DNA from: Teseptimavirus T7
Sequence record: PP384395
Strand: one strand, 5' to 3'
DNA: 41,194 nt
The number at the start of each line of letters is the position of its first letter. Position 1 is the first letter of the stretch. Positions 33,501-41,194 of this stretch are shown in pieces. A model generated the notes under the pieces. It did no database searches and was not told the origin of the DNA. It worked only from the letters and a program-made list of their open reading frames with translations. A program made the translations under genes and the position numbers.

Positions 33501-34552
33501 TAGGGACCTTGAAGTATTCAACACAGGAACTGGCTGCTCGCTCTCCGTGGACTAAGCTACTGAACGGAACCACTAACTACCTTCTGGATGCTGCGCGTCA
33601 AGGTATGCTTGGGGATGTTATTAGTGCCACCCTAACAGGTAAGACTACCCGCTGGGAGAAAGAAGGCTTCCTTCGTGGTGCCTCCGTAACTCCTGAGCAG
33701 ATGGCTGGCATCAAGTCTCTCATCAAGGAACATATGGTACGCGGTGAGGACGGGAAGTTTACCGTTAAGGACAAGCAAGCGTTCTCTATGGACCCACGGG
33801 CTATGGACTTATGGAGACTGGCTGACAAGGTAGCTGATGAGGCAATGCTGCGTCCACATAAGGTGTCCTTACAGGATTCCCATGCGTTCGGAGCACTAGG
33901 TAAGATGGTTATGCAGTTTAAGTCTTTCACTATCAAGTCCCTTAACTCTAAGTTCCTGCGAACCTTCTATGATGGATACAAGAACAACCGAGCGATTGAC
34001 GCTGCGCTGAGCATCATCACCTCTATGGGTCTCGCTGGTGGTTTCTATGCTATGGCTGCACACGTCAAAGCATACGCTCTGCCTAAGGAGAAACGTAAGG
34101 AGTACTTGGAGCGTGCACTGGACCCAACCATGATTGCCCACGCTGCGTTATCTCGTAGTTCTCAATTGGGTGCTCCTTTGGCTATGGTTGACCTAGTTGG
34201 TGGTGTTTTAGGGTTCGAGTCCTCCAAGATGGCTCGCTCTACGATTCTACCTAAGGACACCGTGAAGGAACGTGACCCAAACAAACCGTACACCTCTAGA
34301 GAGGTAATGGGCGCTATGGGTTCAAACCTTCTGGAACAGATGCCTTCGGCTGGCTTTGTGGCTAACGTAGGGGCTACCTTAATGAATGCTGCTGGCGTGG
34401 TCAACTCACCTAATAAAGCAACCGAGCAGGACTTCATGACTGGTCTTATGAACTCCACAAAAGAGTTAGTACCGAACGACCCATTGACTCAACAGCTTGT
34501 GTTGAAGATTTATGAGGCGAACGGTGTTAACTTGAGGGAGCGTAGGAAATAA
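30596..34552 (+). CDS. 16: Gene 16, internal virion (core) protein D with N-terminal lytic transglycosylase domain
   Basis: 1318-aa ORF; SLT-like motif ESRFVPTAKSKTGPLGMMQFTKATA near the N-terminus. Confidence 0.95.
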   Translation: MDKYDKNVPSDYDGLFQKAADANGVSYDLLRKVAWTESRFVPTAKSKTGPLGMMQFTKATAKALGLRVTDGPDDDRLNPELAINAAAKQLAGLVGKFDGDELKAALAYNQGEGRLGNPQLEAYSKGDFASISEEGRNYMRNLLDVAKSPMAGQLETFGGITPKGKGIPAEVGLAGIGHKQKVTQELPESTSFDVKGIEQEATAKPFAKDFWETHGETLDEYNSRSTFFGFKNAAEAELSNSVAGMAFRAGRLDNGFDVFKDTITPTRWNSHIWTPEELEKIRTEVKNPAYINVVTGGSPENLDDLIKLANENFENDSRAAEAGLGAKLSAGIIGAGVDPLSYVPMVGVTGKGFKLINKALVVGAESAALNVASEGLRTSVAGGDADYAGAALGGFVFGAGMSAISDAVAAGLKRSKPEAEFDNEFIGPMMRLEARETARNANSADLSRMNTENMKFEGEHNGVPYEDLPTERGAVVLHDGSVLSASNPINPKTLKEFSEVDPEKAARGIKLAGFTEIGLKTLGSDDADIRRVAIDLVRSPTGMQSGASGKFGATASDIHERLHGTDQRTYNDLYKAMSDAMKDPEFSTGGAKMSREETRYTIYRRAALAIERPELQKALTPSERIVMDIIKRHFDTKRELMENPAIFGNTKAVSIFPESRHKGTYVPHVYDRHAKALMIQRYGAEGLQEGIARSWMNSYVSRPEVKARVDEMLKELHGVKEVTPEMVEKYAMDKAYGISHSDQFTNSSIIEENIEGLVGIENNSFLEARNLFDSDLSITMPDGQQFSVNDLRDFDMFRIMPAYDRRVNGDIAIMGSTGKTTKELKDEILALKAKAEGDGKKTGEVHALMDTVKILTGRARRNQDTVWETSLRAINDLGFFAKNAYMGAQNITEIAGMIVTGNVRALGHGIPILRDTLYKSKPVSAKELKELHASLFGKEVDQLIRPKRADIVQRLREATDTGPAVANIVGTLKYSTQELAARSPWTKLLNGTTNYLLDAARQGMLGDVISATLTGKTTRWEKEGFLRGASVTPEQMAGIKSLIKEHMVRGEDGKFTVKDKQAFSMDPRAMDLWRLADKVADEAMLRPHKVSLQDSHAFGALGKMVMQFKSFTIKSLNSKFLRTFYDGYKNNRAIDAALSIITSMGLAGGFYAMAAHVKAYALPKEKRKEYLERALDPTMIAHAALSRSSQLGAPLAMVDLVGGVLGFESSKMARSTILPKDTVKERDPNKPYTSREVMGAMGSNLLEQMPSAGFVANVGATLMNAAGVVNSPNKATEQDFMTGLMNSTKELVPNDPLTQQLVLKIYEANGVNLRERRK

Positions 34553-34572
34553 TACGACTCACTATAGGGAGA
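34550..34572 (+). promoter_or_regulatory. T7 promoter phi17 (class III)
   Basis: taatacgactcactatagggaga. Confidence 0.95.
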
Positions 34573-34624
34573 GGCGAAATAATCTTCTCCCTGTAGTCTC
34601 TTAGATTTACTTTAAGGAGGTCAA

Positions 34625-36286
34625 ATGGCTAACGTAATTAAAACCGTTTTGACTTACCAGTTAGATGGCTCCAATCGTGATTTTAATATCCCGTTTGAGT
34701 ATCTAGCCCGTAAGTTCGTAGTGGTAACTCTTATTGGTGTAGACCGAAAGGTCCTTACGATTAATACAGACTATCGCTTTGCTACACGTACTACTATCTC
34801 TCTGACAAAGGCTTGGGGTCCAGCCGATGGCTACACGACCATCGAGTTACGTCGAGTAACCTCCACTACCGACCGATTGGTTGACTTTACGGATGGTTCA
34901 ATCCTCCGCGCGTATGACCTTAACGTCGCTCAGATTCAAACGATGCACGTAGCGGAAGAGGCCCGTGACCTCACTACGGATACTATCGGTGTCAATAACG
35001 ATGGTCACTTGGATGCTCGTGGTCGTCGAATTGTGAACCTAGCGAACGCCGTGGATGACCGCGATGCTGTTCCGTTTGGTCAACTAAAGACCATGAACCA
35101 GAACTCATGGCAAGCACGTAATGAAGCCTTACAGTTCCGTAATGAGGCTGAGACTTTCAGAAACCAAGCGGAGGGCTTTAAGAACGAGTCCAGTACCAAC
35201 GCTACGAACACAAAGCAGTGGCGCGATGAGACCAAGGGTTTCCGAGACGAAGCCAAGCGGTTCAAGAATACGGCTGGTCAATACGCTACATCTGCTGGGA
35301 ACTCTGCTTCCGCTGCGCATCAATCTGAGGTAAACGCTGAGAACTCTGCCACAGCATCCGCTAACTCTGCTCATTTGGCAGAACAGCAAGCAGACCGTGC
35401 GGAACGTGAGGCAGACAAGCTGGAAAATTACAATGGATTGGCTGGTGCAATTGATAAGGTAGATGGAACCAATGTGTACTGGAAAGGAAATATTCACGCT
35501 AACGGGCGCCTTTACATGACCACAAACGGTTTTGACTGTGGCCAGTATCAACAGTTCTTTGGTGGTGTCACTAATCGTTACTCTGTCATGGAGTGGGGAG
35601 ATGAGAACGGATGGCTGATGTATGTTCAACGTAGAGAGTGGACAACAGCGATAGGCGGTAACATCCAGTTAGTAGTAAACGGACAGATCATCACCCAAGG
35701 TGGAGCCATGACCGGTCAGCTAAAATTGCAGAATGGGCATGTTCTTCAATTAGAGTCCGCATCCGACAAGGCGCACTATATTCTATCTAAAGATGGTAAC
35801 AGGAATAACTGGTACATTGGTAGAGGGTCAGATAACAACAATGACTGTACCTTCCACTCCTATGTACATGGTACGACCTTAACACTCAAGCAGGACTATG
35901 CAGTAGTTAACAAACACTTCCACGTAGGTCAGGCCGTTGTGGCCACTGATGGTAATATTCAAGGTACTAAGTGGGGAGGTAAATGGCTGGATGCTTACCT
36001 ACGTGACAGCTTCGTTGCGAAGTCCAAGGCGTGGACTCAGGTGTGGTCTGGTAGTGCTGGCGGTGGGGTAAGTGTGACTGTTTCACAGGATCTCCGCTTC
36101 CGCAATATCTGGATTAAGTGTGCCAACAACTCTTGGAACTTCTTCCGTACTGGCCCCGATGGAATCTACTTCATAGCCTCTGATGGTGGATGGTTACGAT
36201 TCCAAATACACTCCAACGGTCTCGGATTCAAGAATATTGCAGACAGTCGTTCAGTACCTAATGCAATCATGGTGGAGAACGAGTAA
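34625..36286 (+). CDS. 17: Gene 17, tail fibre protein
   Basis: 553-aa ORF MANVIKTVLTYQLDGSNRDFNIPFEYLARKF. Confidence 0.97.
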   Translation: MANVIKTVLTYQLDGSNRDFNIPFEYLARKFVVVTLIGVDRKVLTINTDYRFATRTTISLTKAWGPADGYTTIELRRVTSTTDRLVDFTDGSILRAYDLNVAQIQTMHVAEEARDLTTDTIGVNNDGHLDARGRRIVNLANAVDDRDAVPFGQLKTMNQNSWQARNEALQFRNEAETFRNQAEGFKNESSTNATNTKQWRDETKGFRDEAKRFKNTAGQYATSAGNSASAAHQSEVNAENSATASANSAHLAEQQADRAEREADKLENYNGLAGAIDKVDGTNVYWKGNIHANGRLYMTTNGFDCGQYQQFFGGVTNRYSVMEWGDENGWLMYVQRREWTTAIGGNIQLVVNGQIITQGGAMTGQLKLQNGHVLQLESASDKAHYILSKDGNRNNWYIGRGSDNNNDCTFHSYVHGTTLTLKQDYAVVNKHFHVGQAVVATDGNIQGTKWGGKWLDAYLRDSFVAKSKAWTQVWSGSAGGGVSVTVSQDLRFRNIWIKCANNSWNFFRTGPDGIYFIASDGGWLRFQIHSNGLGFKNIADSRSVPNAIMVENE

Positions 36287-36346
36287 AAACACGTGGCAAA
36301 CATTCCAAACCGGAGCCATACAGTACAAAGCACTCTTAGGCCTCTG

Positions 36347-36507
36347 TACCCACGCCGAAACAAGCGCTCATGAGCCCGAAGTGGCGAGCCCGATCTTCCC
36401 CATCGGTGATGTCGGCGATATAGGCGCCAGCAACCGCACCTGTGGCGCCGGTGATGCCGGCCACGATGCGTCCGGCGTAGAGGATCGAGATCTCGATCCC
36501 GCGAAAT
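36347..36507 (+). other. Plasmid backbone fragment (pBR322 tet-region sequence that lies upstream of the T7 promoter in pET-type vectors), includes a BglII site at 36488..36493
   Basis: acccacgccgaaacaagcgctcatgagcccgaagtggcgagcccgatcttccccatcggtgatgtcggcgatataggcgccagc...gatcgagatctcgatcccgcgaaat recognised as pET vector sequence; not T7. Confidence 0.85.
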
Positions 36508-36530
36508 TAATACGACTCACTATAGGGAGA
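36508..36530 (+). promoter_or_regulatory. Second, cassette-borne copy of the T7 phi10 promoter with gene-10 leader/RBS (36531..36586); no lac operator
   Basis: ttaatacgactcactatagggagaccacaacggtttccctctagCaataattttgtttaactttaagaaggagatataCCATGG; one mismatch to native leader in the XbaI site, NcoI at the start codon. Confidence 0.95.
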
Positions 36531-36556
36531 CCACAACGGTTTCCCTCTAGCAATAA

Positions 36557-37297
<741 letters not shown>

Positions 37298-37348
37298 CTC
37301 GAGCGAGCTCCCGGGGGGGGTTCTCATCATCATCATCATCATTAATAA
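37298..37348 (+). other. Polylinker (XhoI, SacI, SmaI) plus untranslated 6xHis codons and tandem stops, downstream of the mCherry stop
   Basis: ctcgagcgagctcccgggggggg ttct catcatcatcatcatcat taataa; mCherry stop taa at 37295..37297 precedes it. Confidence 0.9.
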
Positions 37349-37391
37349 AAGGGCGAATTCCAGCACACTGGCGGCCGTTACTAGTGGATCC
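37349..37391 (+). other. Cloning-vector polylinker scar (TOPO/pCR-type: EcoRI, SpeI, BamHI)
   Basis: aagggcgaattccagcacactggcggccgttactagtggatcc. Confidence 0.75.
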
Positions 37392-37450
37392 GGCTGCTAA
37401 CAAAGCCCGAAAGGAAGCTGAGTTGGCTGCTGCCACCGCTGAGCAATAAC

Positions 37451-37497
37451 TAGCATAACCCCTTGGGGCCTCTAAACGGGTCTTGAGGGGTTTTTTG
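37451..37497 (+). terminator. Second, cassette-borne copy of the Tphi terminator (pET T7 terminator region 37393..37497)
   Basis: 105-bp block gctgctaacaaagcccgaaaggaagctgagttggctgctgccaccgctgagcaataactagcataaccccttggggcctctaaacgggtcttgaggggttttttg identical to native 24107..24211. Confidence 0.95.
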
Positions 37498-37600
37498 AAA
37501 GGGGCCGTCAATATCAGAAATAAGACGACGACCCTCGAACGATGATGCTCACTCTCGGAAAGACGTGTAGTCCACGGATGGACTCTCAAGGAGGTACAAG

Positions 37601-37804
37601 GTGCTATCATTAGACTTTAACAACGAATTGATTAAGGCTGCTCCAATTGTTGGGACGGGTGTAGCAGATGTTAGTGCTCGACTGTTCTTTGGGTTAAGCC
37701 TTAACGAATGGTTCTACGTTGCTGCTATCGCCTACACAGTGGTTCAGATTGGTGCCAAGGTAGTCGATAAGATGATTGACTGGAAGAAAGCCAATAAGGA
37801 GTGA
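37601..37804 (+). CDS. 17.5: Gene 17.5, holin
   Basis: GTG start after aaggaggt RBS; 67-aa ORF MLSLDFNNELIKAAPIVGTGVADVSARLFFG with a hydrophobic segment. Confidence 0.9.
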   Translation: MLSLDFNNELIKAAPIVGTGVADVSARLFFGLSLNEWFYVAAIAYTVVQIGAKVVDKMIDWKKANKE

Positions 37805-37809
37805 TATGT

Positions 37810-38079
37810 ATGGAAAAGGATAAGAGCCTTATTACATTCTTAGAGATGTTGGACACTGCGATGGCTCAGCGTATGCTTGCGGACCTTTCGGACCATGAGC
37901 GTCGCTCTCCGCAACTCTATAATGCTATTAACAAACTGTTAGACCGCCACAAGTTCCAGATTGGTAAGTTGCAGCCGGATGTTCACATCTTAGGTGGCCT
38001 TGCTGGTGCTCTTGAAGAGTACAAAGAGAAAGTCGGTGATAACGGTCTTACGGATGATGATATTTACACATTACAGTGA
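37810..38079 (+). CDS. 18: Gene 18, terminase small subunit (DNA maturation protein A)
   Basis: ATG at 37810; MEKDKSLITFLEMLDTAMAQRMLADLSDHE; 89 aa. Confidence 0.9.
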   Translation: MEKDKSLITFLEMLDTAMAQRMLADLSDHERRSPQLYNAINKLLDRHKFQIGKLQPDVHILGGLAGALEEYKEKVGDNGLTDDDIYTLQ

Positions 38080-38081
38080 TA

Positions 38082-38130
38082 TACTCAAGGCCACTACAGA
38101 TAGTGGTCTTTATGGATGTCATTGTCTATA
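38082..38130 (+). promoter_or_regulatory. RNase III site R18.5
   Basis: atactcaaggccactacagatagtggtctttatggatg hairpin. Confidence 0.55.
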
Positions 38131-38173
38131 CGAGATGCTCCTACGTGAAATCTGAAAGTTAACGGGAGGCATT

Positions 38174-38605
38174 ATGCTAGAATTTTTACGTAAGCTAATC
38201 CCTTGGGTTCTCGCTGGGATGCTATTCGGGTTAGGATGGCATCTAGGGTCAGACTCAATGGACGCTAAATGGAAACAGGAGGTACACAATGAGTACGTTA
38301 AGAGAGTTGAGGCTGCGAAGAGCACTCAAAGAGCAATCGATGCGGTATCTGCTAAGTATCAAGAAGACCTTGCCGCGCTGGAAGGGAGCACTGATAGGAT
38401 TATTTCTGATTTGCGTAGCGACAATAAGCGGTTGCGCGTCAGAGTCAAAACTACCGGAACCTCCGATGGTCAGTGTGGATTCGAGCCTGATGGTCGAGCC
38501 GAACTTGACGACCGAGATGCTAAACGTATTCTCGCAGTGACCCAGAAGGGTGACGCATGGATTCGTGCGTTACAGGATACTATTCGTGAACTGCAACGTA
38601 AGTAG
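38174..38605 (+). CDS. 18.5: Gene 18.5, Rz-like spanin (inner-membrane component)
   Basis: 143-aa ORF with N-terminal hydrophobic segment MLEFLRKLIPWVLAGMLFGLGWHLG. Confidence 0.9.
   Translation: MLEFLRKLIPWVLAGMLFGLGWHLGSDSMDAKWKQEVHNEYVKRVEAAKSTQRAIDAVSAKYQEDLAALEGSTDRIISDLRSDNKRLRVRVKTTGTSDGQCGFEPDGRAELDDRDAKRILAVTQKGDAWIRALQDTIRELQRK
38289..38540 (+). CDS. 18.7: Gene 18.7, Rz1-like spanin (outer-membrane lipoprotein) embedded in the +1 frame of 18.5
   Basis: 83-aa ORF wholly inside 18.5; lipobox-like LICVATISGCASES. Confidence 0.75.
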   Translation: MSTLRELRLRRALKEQSMRYLLSIKKTLPRWKGALIGLFLICVATISGCASESKLPEPPMVSVDSSLMVEPNLTTEMLNVFSQ

Positions 38606-38626
38606 GAAATCAAGTAAGGAGGCAAT

Positions 38627-40387
38627 GTGTCTACTCAATCCAATCGTAATGCGCTCGTAGTGGCGCAACTGAAAGGAGACTTCGTGGCGTTCCTATTCGT
38701 CTTATGGAAGGCGCTAAACCTACCGGTGCCCACTAAGTGTCAGATTGACATGGCTAAGGTGCTGGCGAATGGAGACAACAAGAAGTTCATCTTACAGGCT
38801 TTCCGTGGTATCGGTAAGTCGTTCATCACATGTGCGTTCGTTGTGTGGTCCTTATGGAGAGACCCTCAGTTGAAGATACTTATCGTATCAGCCTCTAAGG
38901 AGCGTGCAGACGCTAACTCCATCTTTATTAAGAACATCATTGACCTGCTGCCATTCCTATCTGAGTTAAAGCCAAGACCCGGACAGCGTGACTCGGTAAT
39001 CAGCTTTGATGTAGGCCCAGCCAATCCTGACCACTCTCCTAGTGTGAAATCAGTAGGTATCACTGGTCAGTTAACTGGTAGCCGTGCTGACATTATCATT
39101 GCGGATGACGTTGAGATTCCGTCTAACAGCGCAACTATGGGTGCCCGTGAGAAGCTATGGACTCTGGTTCAGGAGTTCGCTGCGTTACTTAAACCGCTGC
39201 CTTCCTCTCGCGTTATCTACCTTGGTACACCTCAGACAGAGATGACTCTCTATAAGGAACTTGAGGATAACCGTGGGTACACAACCATTATCTGGCCTGC
39301 TCTGTACCCAAGGACACGTGAAGAGAACCTCTATTACTCACAGCGTCTTGCTCCTATGTTACGCGCTGAGTACGATGAGAACCCTGAGGCACTTGCTGGG
39401 ACTCCAACAGACCCAGTGCGCTTTGACCGTGATGACCTGCGCGAGCGTGAGTTGGAATACGGTAAGGCTGGCTTTACGCTACAGTTCATGCTTAACCCTA
39501 ACCTTAGTGATGCCGAGAAGTACCCGCTGAGGCTTCGTGACGCTATCGTAGCGGCCTTAGACTTAGAGAAGGCCCCAATGCATTACCAGTGGCTTCCGAA
39601 CCGTCAGAACATCATTGAGGACCTTCCTAACGTTGGCCTTAAGGGTGATGACCTGCATACGTACCACGATTGTTCCAACAACTCAGGTCAGTACCAACAG
39701 AAGATTCTGGTCATTGACCCTAGTGGTCGCGGTAAGGACGAAACAGGTTACGCTGTGCTGTACACACTGAACGGTTACATCTACCTTATGGAAGCTGGAG
39801 GTTTCCGTGATGGCTACTCCGATAAGACCCTTGAGTTACTCGCTAAGAAGGCAAAGCAATGGGGAGTCCAGACGGTTGTCTACGAGAGTAACTTCGGTGA
39901 CGGTATGTTCGGTAAGGTATTCAGTCCTATCCTTCTTAAACACCACAACTGTGCGATGGAAGAGATTCGTGCCCGTGGTATGAAAGAGATGCGTATTTGC
40001 GATACCCTTGAGCCAGTCATGCAGACTCACCGCCTTGTAATTCGTGATGAGGTCATTAGGGCCGACTACCAGTCCGCTCGTGACGTAGACGGTAAGCATG
40101 ACGTTAAGTACTCGTTGTTCTACCAGATGACCCGTATCACTCGTGAGAAAGGCGCTCTGGCTCATGATGACCGATTGGATGCCCTTGCGTTAGGCATTGA
40201 GTATCTCCGTGAGTCCATGCAGTTGGATTCCGTTAAGGTCGAGGGTGAAGTACTTGCTGACTTCCTTGAGGAACACATGATGCGTCCTACGGTTGCTGCT
40301 ACGCATATCATTGAGATGTCTGTGGGAGGAGTTGATGTGTACTCTGAGGACGATGAGGGTTACGGTACGTCTTTCATTGAGTGGTGA
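38627..40387 (+). CDS. 19: Gene 19, terminase large subunit (DNA maturation protein B)
   Basis: GTG start after taaggagg RBS; 586-aa [36 protein letters not shown]. Confidence 0.95.
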
Positions 40388-40468
40388 TTTATGCATTAGG
40401 ACTGCATAGGGATGCACTATAGACCACGGATGGTCAGTTCTTTAAGTTACTGAAAAGACACGATAAAT

Positions 40469-40491
40469 TAATACGACTCACTATAGGGAGA
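40469..40491 (+). promoter_or_regulatory. T7 promoter phiOR near the right end
   Basis: ttaatacgactcactatagggaga. Confidence 0.95.
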
Positions 40492-40645
40492 GGAGGGACG
40501 AAAGGTTACTATATAGATACTGAATGAATACTTATAGAGTGCATAAAGTATGCATAATGGTGTACCTAGAGTGACCTCTAAGAATGGTGATTATATTGTA
40601 TTAGTATCACCTTAACTTAAGGACCAACATAAAGGGAGGAGACTC

Positions 40646-40795
40646 ATGTTCCGCTTATTGTTGAACCTACTGCGGCATAGAGTCACCTACCGATTTCTTG
40701 TGGTACTTTGTGCTGCCCTTGGGTACGCATCTCTTACTGGAGACCTCAGTTCACTGGAGTCTGTCGTTTGCTCTATACTCACTTGTAGCGATTAG
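40646..40795 (+). CDS. 19.5: Gene 19.5, small protein of unknown function
   Basis: ATG at 40646 after aagggagg RBS; MFRLLLNLLRHRVTYRFLVVLCAALGYASLTGDL; 49 aa, too short for the ORF track. Confidence 0.75.
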   Translation: MFRLLLNLLRHRVTYRFLVVLCAALGYASLTGDLSSLESVVCSILTCSD

Positions 40796-40889
40796 GGTCT
40801 TCCTGACCGACTGATGGCTCACCGAGGGATTCAGCGGTATGATTGCATCACACCACTTCATCCCTATAGAGTCAAGTCCTAAGGTATAC

Positions 40890-41030
40890 CCATAAAGAGC
40901 CTCTAATGGTCTATCCTAAGGTCTATACCTAAAGATAGGCCATCCTATCAGTGTCACCTAAAGAGGGTCTTAGAGAGGGCCTATGGAGTTCCTATAGGGT
41001 CCTTTAAAATATACCATAAAAATCTGAGTG
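40890..41030. repeat. Right-end array of short imperfect repeats (cctaaag / cctaagg / ccataaa units)
   Basis: Reiterated short motifs immediately left of the right terminal repeat, mirroring the left-end array. Confidence 0.65.
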
Positions 41031-41034
41031 ACTA

Positions 41035-41194
41035 TCTCACAGTGTACGGACCTAAAGTTCCCCCATAGGGGGTACCTAAAGCCCAGCCAATCACCTAAAG
41101 TCAACCTTCGGTTGACCTTGAGGGTTCCCTAAGGGTTGGGGATGACCCTTGGGTTTGTCTTTGGGTGTTACCTTGAGTGTCTCTCTGTGTCCCT
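41035..41194. repeat. Right terminal repeat of the T7 genome (160 bp)
   Basis: Identical to 1..160. Confidence 0.95.

Noticed and set aside
37325-37342. catcatcatcatcatcat as a possible microsatellite or an expressed His-tag
   Set aside because: It is a six-codon His-tag relic of the vector, positioned after the mCherry stop codon, so it is neither a natural repeat nor translated.

Overview
This window is a complete, terminally redundant bacteriophage T7 genome (160-bp direct terminal repeats at 1..160 and 41035..41194), with canonical gene order from 0.3 through 19.5 on the + strand. I recognise 16 T7 RNA-polymerase promoters, the early E. coli promoters A1-A3, the TE and Tphi terminators and several RNase III hairpins. 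The one non-native feature is a synthetic, plasmid-derived mCherry reporter cassette of about 1.25 kb inserted between tail-fibre gene 17 and holin gene 17.5 (about 36347..37497). It carries pBR322/pET backbone sequence, a second copy of the phi10 promoter and gene-10 leader, a GC-rich mCherry ORF, polylinker, an untranslated His6 relic, a TOPO-type scar and a second copy of Tphi. I see no evidence of a novel natural biological system; the unusual content is an engineered reporter phage. Coordinates run +1 relative to the reference numbering as I remember it upstream of the insertion and +1257 downstream. All calls are from reading the sequence and recall of T7 biology; no database search was run.
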